Below are positions 1 through 14,150 of a stretch of 36,791 bases of DNA, one piece after another (position 1 is the first letter of the stretch; every line of letters starts with the position of its first letter). The stretch is taken from the NCBI RefSeq assembly GCF_004010195.1, contig NC_057759.1:1976705-2013495 (forward strand), read 5' to 3'. The notes beneath the pieces are model-generated. The model was not told the origin of the DNA and did not search any database. It was given only the letters and a program-made list of their open reading frames with translations. Source of the stretch: Chiloscyllium plagiosum. Taxonomy: Eukaryota. The translations under genes were made by a program, and so were the position numbers.

Positions 1-9
1 CAGCTCTAG

Positions 10-483
<474 letters not shown>

Positions 484-537
484 ACGGAGCATAGCCGGCC
501 CTGCACATTCACCCCGAGAGAGAGAGAAAAACACAAC

Positions 538-577
538 GGCTCTTTTCAGAGCCACTAAACCATCCAGAGGGAGCGGG
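538..577 (+). promoter_or_regulatory. Histone 3' stem-loop and U7 downstream element of the H3 pseudogene
   Basis: GGCTCT-TTTC-AGAGCC at 538-553, followed by purine-rich CAGAGGGAGC at ~565-574. Confidence 0.92.
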
Positions 578-1416
578 AACCGATGGGTTGTATTAATATT
601 GTAGTTATAAAACAAGGAAGTAAATACGCAATGAGTTATAAGCGACATTGTCATGGGCAGTGAAGTCATATTTAATGAGATCTCCCGTGTTCGCAGAATT
701 TATGACAGATTGTGAAATATAATTTTAACATCACATTGTGGCATTAGATTATAAATTCCCGCGAATCTCCCTCTCTGTCTAGGTATTCATATGGCTTGTC
801 GTTGGGGGATGGCAAAGATTTGGTGCCAAGAGATCGAATTGTTACTTGCGGACATTAGTGTCGTATTTTAGGAAGTGCACATGAGCTGAGTAAAGCATTA
901 ATGGGGAGTCAGTTAAACAAGAAAGTCACAGACGGCAGTCCAGTTCCAACTACTGAGATCTCCGGTGATCGCAGATTTTGTTATAATAGATACCAGAATT
1001 TAACTAATGGAGGTGGGATAGGATTGGCGCCTAAAGATCAACGGCTCATTTTTAAATTTGAAAAGCCCACTAATGTGTAGAAAAGAAGTTTTACAGAGGA
1101 GAATGCGTAGGTACTTATGCGTTGATTTGTGTATCGATTACAGAAGTGTAGTTTATACAATCTAACTTTACCCTCTTTCCTCCTTTACAGCTGAAAAAAA
1201 ATCACCCACGGGTACTTAATATGCTCTCTCTCTGGGGGGCAGAGAAGAAAGCCAGTCTATGAACACACTAGTGAACAAAGCTCAGAGGGATAGGGGCCGC
1301 TCAGTAGTATTTGCTACATCGACTGTATGCTTATTTCACTGGGTATATTCAGCTCTTCCTGATACAGTTGAAGGGAATGTGAAACGAAAGTCAAACCCGA
1401 TCGGGGACATTTCTCG

Positions 1417-2472
1417 TCCTGCAAGTACAAATTCACCATGTGGGTGTGTTTTGCCGAGGGGTGAGGGTATGAGTGTGTGTGTGCAAGTGTAAAGGAGTAT
1501 ACGCGTACGTCTGAGAGGGTGCAAGCCTGCGTGAGGGACAGTAGTGTGAGCGTATGAGAGATGGATCTCCGTGAGTGTCTGTGTACTTCGCTCAAAAGCT
1601 GTATGAATCCAAGTGAGATTCTGTAAATCCATTTTTTTTAGATTAGAGTCAGTCCGACCACAGACAGTCTCACACAGGGCACCTTGCACCTTTAAAGGCA
1701 TTATCTAGGCCAACGTGACACCAGTTGTTCAGGTTCACTTGAGAATGTAACTTTTAGATGTTCTGCGATTTACATTTGCAAAAACTGAAACCAACATGAT
1801 CATTCTAAAAGATTACAGATTAACCAACAATCCGGGTCTTTGTTAATATGATTTCAGTTACATCACACTCTAAACTTCTGCGAAAAATTGTCTTACGATC
1901 TTAGACTACAAACACGTGATGAAAGCTCCGAAAGCTAGTGCATAGAAATTAACCTGTTTGACTATAAGCTGGTGTTGCGTGATTGTAGTGTGAGCGTATG
2001 AGAGATGGATCTCCGTGAGTGTCTGTGTGTACTTCGCTCAAAAGCTGTAAGAATCCAAGTGAGATTCTGTAAATCCATTTTTTTTAGATTAGAGTCAGTC
2101 CGACCACAGACAGTCTCACACAGGGCAGCTTGCACCTTTAAAGGCATTATCTAGGCCAACGTGACACCAGTTGCTCAGGTTCACTTGAGAATGTGACTTT
2201 TACATGTTCTGCGATTTACATTTGCAAAAGCTGAAACCAACATGATCATTCTAAAAGATTAGAGATTAACCAACAATCAAGGTTTTTTTTAATATATGAT
2301 TTCAGTTACATCACACTGTAAACTTTTGCGAAAAATTTGTTTTACGATCTAATATTCTACAAACGTTATGAAAGTTCCGAAAGCTACTGCAAACAGATTA
2401 ACCTGTGGAGCTATAAGCTGGTGTTGCGTGATTTTTAACTTTATAAATCACAGTCCAACATCAGCATCTCAA
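1417..2472. mobile_element. Penelope-like 3' remnant containing a ~444-bp tandem duplication
   Basis: GTAGTGTGAGCGTATGAGAGATGGATCTCC starts at both 1541 and 1985. Each unit ends in the pLTR-type motif GAAAGCTA...AACCTGT..GACTATAA.CTGGTGTTG.GTGATT, which also occurs at 3966, 8934 and 27060. Confidence 0.7.
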
Positions 2473-2571
2473 AACCGCAAATATTCAATAACAAGGCGAT
2501 AGTAATTGACAGAGCTCAGGTTCAAAGTTCTCTACATTAAAAGTAAAACAAATCCGGCAGAGATGACGGTA

Positions 2572-2613
2572 TAGCTCCTTTCACAGATGCTGTGAGTGGC
2601 TCTGAAAAGAGCC
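2572..2613 (-). promoter_or_regulatory. Histone 3' stem-loop and U7 downstream element of H2A
   Basis: Reverse complement of 2598-2613 is GGCTCTTTTCAGAGCC. GAAAGGAGCT follows on the minus strand at ~2572-2582. Confidence 0.93.
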
Positions 2614-2643
2614 TTTGGGTCGTCAGATTCAAGGATGGTCTCT

Positions 2644-3373
<730 letters not shown>

Positions 3374-3965
3374 CAAATCATAAACCGCTTTCTTTTCAAT
3401 TTGAAAATCCCGCCAATTTACAAACAAAGGAGTGTGTTTTATATTGAAAAATGAAGTACAAAATACGGAGGAAGTTTTTATAAAATACTCATATCTTAAT
3501 TTACTTGTAGTTTACAAATGTATGCTTCACTCGATCTGTCTCTCCCTCATTTGTCGACCTGTATCCGCCCTTTTCTGATCTCAAGTTTCTTGAGATTTTC
3601 TAAACTTTAAGAAGCTGAAAAAAAACACGCCAAACACTTCAGTCCGCACTTGACTTCTCACTTCACATTTCAATAGCACCCGGCATGCTGATAAAGCAGC
3701 ACACAACATTCTTCCGGCACAGTATCGATGGCGAACACGGTGTTTAGACGATATTTTAAAGATTCAGCAAAATCATCACATTTCAATCCGACAGCTATTT
3801 TGGCATTCTCTTTGTTCCTTTTGAAAGCCTCTCAACGACAGCAGAAAGTGCTTTGCTTTTTGCATTCTGAAAAATCGGAATAAACCCGCGCATTGCAAAT
3901 ATTTTTTTTTAAATCAGATGAAAATGCGTGAGAAGAAAGATGTGGACAAGTATGTATTGTCTGCC

Positions 3966-4038
3966 AAGTTAAAAATCACACAACACCAGGTCATAGTCCA
4001 ACAAGCTAATTTGGAAGCACTAGCTTTCGGAGTGCTGC
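3966..4038 (-). mobile_element. Penelope-like pLTR fragment
   Basis: AAAAATCACACAACACCAGGTCATAGTCCAACA...GCACTAGCTTTCGGAG is the reverse complement of the motif at 1925-1985 and matches the left arms at 8934 and 27060. Confidence 0.7.
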
Positions 4039-4354
4039 GGAGTGTTTGCAAGGTGTGAAATTAAGTATTAACATTCTACCAGGGATTTTAGCAACTTTAA
4101 ACAACCAAGATGAAAATTGATTCACTGACGTTTAATCTGCCCACTCTCTACAGACAGGGAAGAGGCTGTTTATGCAATCTTCCCGCCACCGTACCTCATT
4201 AATTTGCAAAGCTTTTATATAAACAAATATAACACTAGGAGTACAATTATTTGGTGAAGAATCATATGTAAATTAAAACGAACATTCAGCTCTATCTGGG
4301 AAGTTGTGGGTGTTTTTTATATGGGCTGGAATTAACACTGAGTTTGCCACTTTT

Positions 4355-4686
4355 CTCAGTGGTTAGCATTGCTGCGTCACCGCGCCAGGGACCCTGGTTC
4401 GATTCTAGTTTCGGGCGACTGTATGTGTGGACTTTGCACATTCTCCCCGTGTCTGAGTGGGTTTCCTCCGGGTGCTCAGTTTTCCTCTCACAATTCAAAG
4501 ACGTGCAGGGAGGTGATTTGGCCATGCTAACTGCCCATAATGTTCCGGGATGTGTCGGTTAGGTGCATTAATCAGGGGTAAATGCTGAATAATGGGGAAT
4601 GGGTCTGTGTGGATTACTCTTCCGAGGGTCGGTGTGGACTTGTTGGGCCGAAGTGTCTAATTCTACACTGCAGGGATTCTAAGACT
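4355..4686 (+). mobile_element. HE1-like tRNA-derived V-SINE
   Basis: tRNA-like head (CAGTGGTTAGCA...GGTTCGATTC), core TTGCACATTCTCCCCGTGTCTG.GTGGGTTTCCTCCGGGTGCTC and CR1-like tail GGACTTGTTGGGCCGAA. Matches the copies at 19891 and 30002. Confidence 0.88.
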
Positions 4687-5859
4687 GAGTGTTTTCTAGG
4701 TTTGGGGTTGATGGAATTCGTTCTCAACTGCACGGAGTTGGAGAGAGATAAAAAAAGTTCCTATTTAAAACTTTTCTTGAGTCACGGGTTAAAAGTGTCT
4801 GTCTTGACTGTGGGATTAATATATTTCTGAGAACTTAATTGCTAACTGTGGGCCCAGAGGCCGATCTGTAACTGTGTGCTTTGCAAGTAACTACAGTGTA
4901 TCAGAACCACGTTGCTGCAGTTTTTATTTAGGAGTATTGACCTTTCACGCAGGAATTTAGAGCATTTCTCCTCATACGAATGCCTGTTAACCAGCAACCG
5001 TTCGCATGCTATATATGTGCCACTTTAACTTTATATCTTAGACATTTGGCATGAATTGAACATCTGTCCATTGAGGCTCTGGTCCTCTGTGTAATAGTCA
5101 ATTAGTGTTACTTCAGGACAGATTTAATTCTGTATCCATCAAACACTGGTGGAAGCGGTAAAACTTTACATCATGTGCCGGCCACTTGGAAATGTTCCTC
5201 CAATCTGTGTCTATCCATTTCTGGGAGATTTTTGTTTTGTCTATTTCACATTCTTTACATGTCAGTATGTTACTGGACAGTAACGCAAACCTTCTGATTT
5301 GTAACCTGTTGTTTTTTATTCTGTAGGTGTCAGTCATTAACATAAGAATGTGTCTCATTTAGTATCTACAATTTTGAGTGTGACCAAACACCATTTTAGA
5401 CAGTCTCAAGTAGGACTCCCTCCCCTCTACAGCAAATCCTTACAATCACCTTCTGCGATTTGACAGGAAGTTTGTATTTATAACTGCAGCATTTGCAAGA
5501 GGCAATACCTTGTTCATTGCAGAAACTGGCAAGAACAATTTTATTGCTGATCTTACACTGTTTATGTCAGTTTCTCGCCAATGGATAGTTGTGTTTTATC
5601 CTAACAATTTAATGCTTTGCAACTGACTCCATATTTCATTCTGTAATTGCCAGTTTGTTGTTTCTAAACTTGTTTTTACTCAGTTTCTGTCAATCAATGG
5701 CATGTAAGAGAGCAAATATCTCAACATTTCTAACTTTCAGATGAAATGAGCTCCATCCCTCTTGTCACGGTGACTTGTAATTGAATCTGTCAGTATGTGA
5801 TCTGTGAGCACACACAGTAAGTTAGAGATAAAGCTAAAGGTGAATGTTGCCTCCCATTT

Positions 5860-6240
5860 CTGTCATGCAATTGCAGAGTATACACTACAGTTATGAATTT
5901 ATTTCAGGATTTTGTCAGTTTAAATGTCTCAAAGCAGAAGACAAAAAGAAAAATGAGGATTCTGTGACATTTTTATCTGCCTGTGTGTACTCAGCTCTGA
6001 GAATATGAGTGCTATCAAAATGTACCTGTCAGTTTTTTTTAAATGAATGAGAACATTGTTTTAAATCTATACCTGTCAGTTTCTGCAATGTGAATGTTTA
6101 TGTGCAGTTTTCATTCTGTACCTTAGTTTCAACTACATGAATGAATGAGTGCATTTGAAAGTATCTGTACCTTTCAGTGTGTGCTGTGTGAATAAATGAG
6201 TGTACTTACAATATTTGTCTCTGTTTAACATGACACTTGC
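5860..6240. repeat. Degenerate ~48-bp satellite block
   Basis: Repeated (T)ACCTGTCAGTTT...GTGAAT..GAGTGCA units, the same family as 18010-19290. Confidence 0.65.
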
Positions 6241-6320
6241 CAGAAACTGCAGGAGCTCTTTTTACTTCAAATCTCTGTTGCTCAACATGCAAAACATTTT
6301 ATCATTTGCCATCCATGTCA

Positions 6321-7311
6321 GGGTAGCATGGTGGCACACTGGTGCCAGTGACCCAGTTTCAATTCCAGCCTTGGCTCATTGTGCAAACTGCACACAGATA
6401 TGCTCCCCATGTCTGCATTGGTTTTGTGACAACAAACGTCTTTACTAATTTAAAACCAGTAACACAGAAAAGATTTATCCCATGCAGTAATCTGTGAAAA
6501 TTCAATAGGCGAAGAACTTGTTAAAGATTAACAGCTTTATTTATTAAAGTATAACAGAGAGTGATTAACTAACAACTCTTTACAACTCCTTCCTCTAACT
6601 ATCTTCTGTAATACTTGTCCAATAGAACTCCTGATTAAGATTTACAAAACAAAACTTCACACCTCAAAACCAGGCAGCTTTCGGCTCTTTTCTGTATTCT
6701 GATCTTTTGTTCTTCTTGGGATTGTGCTTCACAGGTCACTGATCGATAAAGGTACCTTTAAGGGAGCTATTTTTCAGGCAGTCTTTTTACATGCTGGTGG
6801 CTTGGCAATTCTCCTCCCAACTGTTCATTTTTTTCCCGGTCTTGTACCTCCAGAACATTGAACTGTGTCATTGGCTTATAAGATTGTCAATATACTCAGT
6901 TCAAACTGGATAGGAATTTGGTGTTTTTGGGATATAATTTAAACTGATTGGCTGAATTCAATTTTGTTTTTGTCTCCAGGCTACTTGAGTTGTTTGACCA
7001 AATGTTACTTTTCTTTTCAGAACACTTGGTGCTGTTCAGAAGTTCAACTGACTTAAAGGTAGTTATACTCACGTCTTCATAACAGTTTCCTCTGGGTATT
7101 CCAGTATCCTTCCACAGTCCAAACAAGCAGGTTAGCTGGATTATCCATGGTAAATTGCTCTGTAATATTCAGCAATGTTCAGACTAGGTGAGTTAACTAT
7201 GTTAAAGATGTGGTTATGGGGGTAGAGGTCTATATCTGGGTGCAATGTGCTTTGGCAAGTTGTTGCAGGCCTGTGGGCCGAATGACCTCTACCTGTACTG
7301 GAGGAATTCTG
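6321..7311 (+). mobile_element. Old HE1-like SINE interrupted by a solo LTR
   Basis: The head and first half of the core (6321-6424, ...CTCCCCATGTCTGCATTGGTTT) continue at 7085 (GTTTCCTCTGGG...CCACAGTCCAAA) to the tail GGGCCGAATGACC. Confidence 0.75.
6425..7084 (-). mobile_element. Solo LTR (660 bp) with 4-bp TSD
   Basis: Starts TGTGAC and ends ATAACA, flanked by GTTT at 6421-6424 and 7085-7088. Removing it restores the SINE core. Minus-strand AATAAA at ~6540 and CCAAT at ~6870 and ~6947 give the orientation. Confidence 0.8.
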
Positions 7312-8844
7312 TACTGCAAATTAAAGTGAGATTTTTTATACTATTGTTAGTCTCTGGCACTCTAAAGCATGTTGGATAATTTCCACAACTTTTATTCAAA
7401 GGTACTGTTTATGATTGCAAGTTATTTTCTGGATTGGTCAGTCTCTGGTCTAAATGTGTACTTTGAATTTATTGTTTACATGTTTATAACAAGATCAGTA
7501 TGAGAATTTCTTCATTCTGTGCCCAATAATCTCTGGGTATCTGTCTGAATGTATACCTTTTCATGTCAATGTTTGATTTTCCTTTGGACTACTTGAAAAC
7601 AAAGTATTTATTCAGTCATTTTGTCTAAAATTTGTTCTACTTTCTTTTTGTGGAAACAAATTAAATTGCAAAATTTGTTTCAATCTGATGCTTGGCTGCT
7701 ATTTCATTCCTCCAGTCTGGATAAAAAGAATTGATACATGAATTACATACAGTCAGAGAGTCAGACAGCAAGTTTAAGCCATGGTGAGATAATTGGATGA
7801 ATAATTAGTCTGAATTTTTATTTACTTCTTTCCCTACTTAAGTGCAATACATTGTGAACATGCAATAGGTTCAGTATTTTCTAATAAACAGGTAGAATTT
7901 ACTTTTCGACTAAGGTGATACCAGGCATTTAAAAGCTATAGGAATTTCACTTGTAAACTGGGACTGACATACGTCATTCTCACACTGTCCTGGATAACTT
8001 GTTTAATGAAATGCTAGTTCTCCCAACTGTGACATCTTTAAGGTCATGACTTTTCTATTTTTGCCTATAGACCTACTAACCTGACAGTATTTCTGTACGT
8101 TGCAAGTTATTCTGTACCCATTGTGTATTGGCACCATCTCACTCTTTGTTGTGTCCAGAAATTATCTCAGTTTCCTTCAAGTCCTTCATTACACAAATAA
8201 GGACAATAACTGGAGCAATCTGCAACTGTTTGTTCTTCTGTGAGGTACAGAACTGACCTTGTTTCTTCCATTCACTTGTACGGTTTGTGTACTCAAAGTA
8301 CTTTCTACCTGTCAGTCTGTGCTATTCAATGGGACTCTGGATATGGTTCATTGTCCTTCAAAACTCTGCTCAGATGTGACAGACGGTCAACAGATTAGAG
8401 CCACGTTGTCTAGTGAAAAACGTGGAAACTAAAATTTAATGTTGACTACTTGGGCTGTTGTGTACACACACTGATTTTATGAAAAAAAAACATTTTTGAA
8501 CGGAATAGTTGTTATGATACAGGAAGGATGCCAACACTCACTTGATCCTGCTTCAATCCTCCTGCGTTGTGTTACTGAGCAGTTTAAATGTTTGCTGTAA
8601 AGTGGACAGCCAATTAGCAAAAGGGGAGCTTTTTCAGTTCATGTTTCCTAAAGTGAATGGGAAAGACCTTATTTTCTCTGACTGTTTGTGTCTGTTGGAT
8701 TCACTAGTAAGTGAAACCACAACATATTGTCTCAGAAAGGATCTGTGCTGTTCTTCAGAGTCAAATAGGTAAGCAATGGACCTTTGTAACTCCAATAGTG
8801 CAGTGTGTAACTGGGAGTAATGATGTTCAGGTGCGGCCTTCAGA

Positions 8845-9487
8845 GTGTCATACAGTGATACAGCACAGAAACAGATCCTTCGGTCCAAGCTGTTATTGCC
8901 GACCAGAGATCCGAATCTGACCTCGTCCCATTTAAGTTAGAGATCTCACAACACCAGGTTATAGTACAACAGGTTTATGTTGAAGCACTAGCTTTCAAAG
9001 AAATGAAGGAGCAGCAATCTGAAAAGCTATTGGTTCCAAAACCTGTTGTCTGAGAAACTGGTATTGTGATTCTTAACTTTGTCCACACCAGTCCAACACT
9101 GGCACCTCCATATCATGTCTAGTCCCACTTGCCAACATTTGACGCATATCCCTCTAAAGTTGTATATATCCAGGTGCCTATAAAAGGTTGTAATTGTACC
9201 CACCACCTCCACTTCTTCTGGGAGCTCATTTCATACAACTGCCATCCTCCATTTGATAAAGTAACCTCATAGGTCCTTTATAAATCTTTTTTCCACAATT
9301 CAAACCTGTGCCCTCTATTTTTGCACTCACCCACATTCGGAAAAAAGACTTGGCTATCACCATATCATGCCCCTCATGATTTTCTCAACCTGTACAAAGG
9401 TCACACCTCATTCTCCAACAGTCCAGGGAACAAAGCAACAGCCTGTTCAGCCTTTCCCTAAAACTCAAAACCTCCAGTCCTGGCAAT
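8845..9487 (-). mobile_element. CR1 (HER1-like) LINE 3' fragment
   Basis: Reverse complement of the LINE 3' end seen at 15800-16234 (ACAGCAC.GAAACAGA.CCTTCGGTCCAA). Interrupted at 8934-9118. Confidence 0.8.
8934..9118. mobile_element. Penelope-like fold-back pLTR insert
   Basis: Two inverted copies of the CACAACACCAGGTTATAG motif. TSD-like CTCGTCCCATTT (8922-8933) / CTAGTCCCACTT (9119-9130). Confidence 0.7.
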
Positions 9488-10384
9488 GAAACATCTTGAT
9501 GAGAGTGGAGCAGTTGATGTGGTTTTCATGGACTTCTGTAAGGCCTTTGTCAAAGCATAACCCCTGACTGGGGATGAAAGACTTAGCAGGCAGACAGGCA
9601 GGCAGGATTCAGGCAAGTGGTAGTTATTTATTCAATGGGTTAGTGCAGGGAGAGGGCCAAATGATCTTCTCCCGAGACTGGCCTCAGAACAGAAGTTCAT
9701 GACGCACTCTGATTTTACAATGAAAAGCAATATTGTTTATAAATTTTCTGATAACAATCACATACAACTTGATTATGACATTCCTCCCTCTTAGTTTGCA
9801 TACCATATTCAATGAGGCACCTAATCAATGATGGGCTTTCCATGGACAGCTCCAGGATCCCCTGACCTGTCAGAGTTTAGAAGACACCGTAATCTCTAGG
9901 CCTTGCAGTCTTGCTATGCATCCTATTCATTCACATTCCAAAGTTATTTTCTATACACCCTCGGGTTTCTGTCAGTCTAGCTTGTCTCTCAGGACAGCTT
10001 GAATATTGTTATTCATTGTATTCCATTTTATCAAGTTTAATTGCTCCTCTGATATAATTAGCACAGTGGGGAATATATGAAGAAAAAGACAAAATGATAG
10101 TTTGTTTTGACTTACTTGCCATCAACTTGTAATTTTAATTTCTGTTATAAAAACTCAGTTACAAAGTGTGAAGTAATTTAGTTATCCCAACTATTAGCAC
10201 TTTGTGATTAATGGGCTGTGAGTAATCTATTGTGTTGGGTGTAAGAGAAGTCATTACCTAAAGCTAACTAACATTCACTTCCAGGTTTAAATGCTTCTTT
10301 TCCCCTTAATACTTTAGTATTACGCACCTATGTTTTAGGCTGGAAATTACTGAGATGATGCTACGTCTCTTTACGAGAACCTAA

Positions 10385-13222
10385 TAGTGAGGTCAGAAAT
10401 GTGGTTTCAGTGTCACAGGAGTGCACTGGCAAACAGGAAGGTGGTTTGAATTGTGTCTACTTCAACGCCAGGAACATCCGGAATAAGTTGGGTGAACTTG
10501 CAGCATGGGTTGGTACCTGGAACTTTGATGTTGTGGCCATTTCAGACACATGGATCAAGCAGGGACAGGAATGGTTGTTGCGGTTCCATGGCTTTAGATG
10601 TTTCAGTACGAACAGAGAAAATGGTAAAAGAGGGGGAGATATGGCAAGGACAATATTATAGTGGTAGTAAGGATGTATGAGGACTCGTCTAATGAGGTAG
10701 TATGGGCTGAGGTTAGAAACAGGAAAAAAGAGAGGTCACTCTGTTCGGACTTTTCTATAGGCCTCAGATTAGTTCCAGAGATGTAGAGGAAAGGATTGTA
10801 AAGATGATTCTGGATAAGAGTGAGTGTAACAGGGTAGTTGTTATGGGAGACTTTAACTTTTCAAAATATTTACTGGAAATATTACACTTTGAATACTTCA
10901 GATGGACCAGTTTTTGTCCAATGTGTGCAGAAGGGTTTCCTGGCACAGTATGTAGACAGGCCAACTGGGGCAAGGCAACAATGGCTTATGCCCGAATCGT
11001 CGATTCTCCTGTTCTTTGGATGCTGCCTGACCTGCTGCGCTTTTCCAGCAACACATTTTCAGCTCTGATCTCCAGCATCTGCAGTCCTCACTTTCTCCAC
11101 AATTCAGTTATGTTTACTTTAGAGAAGGAAAGGGAGGTCGGTATACACCGCAGGGCAAGATTTATAACTGGGGGAAACAGCAATTATGGTGCGATTAGGC
11201 AAGATTTATGACGCATAGGATGGGAAAGGAAACTGCAGGGGATGGCACAATTGAAATGTGGAGCTTATTCAAGGAACAGCTACTACATGTCCTTGATTAG
11301 CATGTACCTGTCAGGCAGGGAGGAAGTGGACAAGTGAGGGAGCCTTGGTTTACTAAGGAAGTTGATCACTTGTCAAGAGGAAGAAGGCGGCTTATGTTAC
11401 AATGAGACGTAAAGGCACAGCTAAGGAGCTTGAGAGTTACAAGCTAGCCAGGAAAGACCTAAAGAAGAGCCAGGAGGGGACAAGAGAAGTCTTTGGCAGA
11501 TAGGATCAAGGAAAACCCTAAAGCTTTCTATAGCTATATCAGGAATAAAAGAATGACTAGAATAACTTCCGGGCCAATCAAGGACAGGAGTGGAAAGTTG
11601 TGTGTGCAGTCCGAAGAGATAGGAGAAGTGCTAAATGAATATTTTTCATTGGTATTCACACAGGGAAAAAGACAATATTGTTGTGGAGAATACCGAGTTA
11701 CAGGCTACTAGACTAGATGGAATATAGGTTCACAAGGAGGTGGTGTTAGCAATTCTGGAAGTGTGAAAATAGATAATCCCTGGGCCAGATGGGATTTATC
11801 CTAGGATTCTCTGGGAAGCCAGGGAGGAGATTGAAGAGCCTTTTTCTTTGATCTTTGTTGTCATTGTCTACGGGAATCGTGCCAGAAGACTAGAAGATAG
11901 CAAATGTTGTCCCTTTGTTCAAGAAGGGGAGTACAGACCACCCTGGTAATTATAGATCAGTGAGACTTACTTCGGTTGTGAGTAAAGTGTTGGAAATGTC
12001 TAGAAGAGACAGGATTTATTATCATGTCAATAGGAATAAGTTGATTAGGAATAGTCAATATGATTTTGTGAAGTGTAGGTCATGCCTTACAAACCGTACT
12101 GAGTTCTTTGAGAAGGTGACCAAACAGATAGAAGAGAGTAAAGCAGTTGATGCGATGCATATGGATTTTAGTAAAGTGTTTCATAAGGTGTTTTCAGTCA
12201 GGTTCCCAATGGTACGCTATTGCACAAAATATGGAGGCATGGGATTGAGGGTGATTTAGCAGTTTGGTTCAGAAATTGGCTAGCTGAAAGAAGACAGAGG
12301 GTGGTAGTTGATGGGAAATGTTCATCCTGGAGTTCAGTTACTAGTGGTGTACCGCAAGGATCTGTTTTGGGTCCACTGCTGACCTGGGTAAGGGCGCAGA
12401 AGGATGGGTTAGTAAATTTGTGGATGACACTAAGGTCAGTGGAGTTGTGGTCGGTGACAAAGGACATTGCAGATTACAGAGGGACATGGATAAGCTGCAG
12501 AACTGGGCTGAGTGCTGGCAAATGGAGTTTAATGTGGAAAAGTGTGAGATGATTCACTTTGGAAGGAGCAACAGGAATAAAGAGTACTGGGCTAATGGTA
12601 AGGTTCTTGGCAGTGTAGATGAGCAGAGAGACATCTGTATACATGTGCGTAGATCCCTGAAAGTTGCCACCCAGATTGATAGGCTTGTTAAGAAGGCATA
12701 TGATGTGTTAGCTTTTATTGGGAGAGGGATTGAGTTTTGGACCCATGAGGTCATGCTGCAGCTCTACAAAACTCTGGTGTGGCCGCACTTGGAAAATTGT
12801 GTCCACTTCTAGTCTCCACATCACAGGAAGGATGTGGAAGTTTTGGAAAGGGTTCAGAGGTGATTTACTGAGATGTTGCCTGGTCTGGAGGGAATGTCTT
12901 ACAAGGAAAGGCTGAGGGACATCAGGCTCCATTAGAGAGAAGAAATTTGAGAAGTGACTTAAAAGAGACACATAAAATAATCAGAGGGTTAGAGAATGTG
13001 GACAGTGAGAGCCTTATTCCTCGAATGGTGATGGTTAGCAAAAGGGGACATCGCTTTAAATTGAGGGATGATAAATATAAGACAAATGTCAGAGTAGTTT
13101 CTTTACTCAGAGTAGTAGTAGAGGCATGGTATGTTCTGTCTGCAACTGTAGTAGACTCGCCAACTTTACGGGCATTTAAATGGTCATTGGATAAACATAT
13201 GGATGAAAATGGAATAGTGTAC
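10385..13222 (+). mobile_element. Degenerate CR1 LINE ORF2 (APE endonuclease + reverse transcriptase)
   Basis: Broken ORFs with CVYFNARNIRNK, VVVMGDFNF, NPKAFYSYI, GNYRSVRLTS, MDFSKVF, GVPQGSVLGPLL, DDTK and LYKTLVWPHLE. Confidence 0.92.
10981..11098 (+). mobile_element. Penelope-like pLTR fragment inside the CR1
   Basis: GGCTTATGCCCGAATCGTCGATTCTCCTG...GGATGCTGCCTGACCTGCTG.GCTTTTCCAGCA matches the arm at 19575-19684. Confidence 0.75.
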
Positions 13223-13654
13223 TGTGCTGTCATTTTATGTTCTATTATCTCACTAAATCTTTCCTACTCCATCGTTTCAAATCACGATTATGTGATCGCA
13301 TTGATTATTTGAGAAAATGGTATTGAGCTGATGTTGTGCTGAAGGTGGGGATGGCAGGTCCTCTGCCACCATGATACATTGATGGAACTGGAATGCTGTC
13401 TGAATAGGAGTAGAATTGTTAGCTGGATGTCTCTGACTGCTGCAGACCACAGTGACTCCATGTGAGAGTGATATTCATCTCGATTGGATCATTTCCTGTT
13501 GCCTGCAGTGTATATGGAACTCCATAACTGTTAGTCCCTGCTCTGCAGTTATGATGTTTGTATTTTGAACTAATTCTGAATCAGTCAGTTGCTGTGTGCA
13601 TCTGCAGTAATTATTTTCCACTGTCAGGAACAACATTAGAAATTCCTGGAGAAA

Positions 13655-13760
13655 GTCAGTTCTGAATAATAGTCACTGGCCCCAATACGTTAACTCGACT
13701 TTCTATCAACGGATGCTGCCAGATGTGCTGAATTTTTCCAGCAATTTCTACATTTGTTTC
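13655..13760 (+). mobile_element. Old Penelope-like pLTR fragment
   Basis: TCAGTTCTGAA...GTCACTGG...GATGCTGCCAGA..TGCTGAATTTTTCCAGCAATTTCT is similar to 20636-20710. Confidence 0.55.
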
Positions 13761-14150
13761 CAGCCCCTAGCATGTTCAGTTTTATTTGTCAGGCTTTGAC
13801 ACACAATGGGTGTTTGGAATTCACATTATTTAATTGTCATGTCTCTGTATGTGACAAAAATTCATTAAAGGTTTAACTCTGTCCTGCCCAATCACTAATA
13901 AACTTAATAACACTGTTTCATCCAGTAAATTGGTGACTTTTGTCTGGTTTCCTTCTATCTCTGTATTTAACGTCTATGTTATATATGGTTTTTGAAATGA
14001 TGTTACGGTCTGATTTTCTTTTCCATCTTGACTTTAAAAATGTCATATTAAATGTAGATTTAACGCCTTTCCCAGGCATCTATTTCAGATAAGAATTCAG
14101 TCTAAACCCCTTGAAAAATAGTGTAAAATATCAATGGGCTTGACAATATT

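Noticed and set aside
4355..4420. tRNA genes at SINE heads (also 19891 and 30002)
   Set aside because: They run directly into the SINE core and tail, with no full cloverleaf or terminator.
5113..5358. 81-aa minus-strand ORF and nearby splice-like sites
   Set aside because: No recognisable motif and no supporting paralogue in the window.
9559..10375. Possible second solo LTR
   Set aside because: It has a minus-strand AATAAA, but I could not find TG...CA termini or a TSD.
10385..13222. Active or domesticated reverse transcriptase
   Set aside because: All CR1 copies have multiple stops, frameshifts and deletions.
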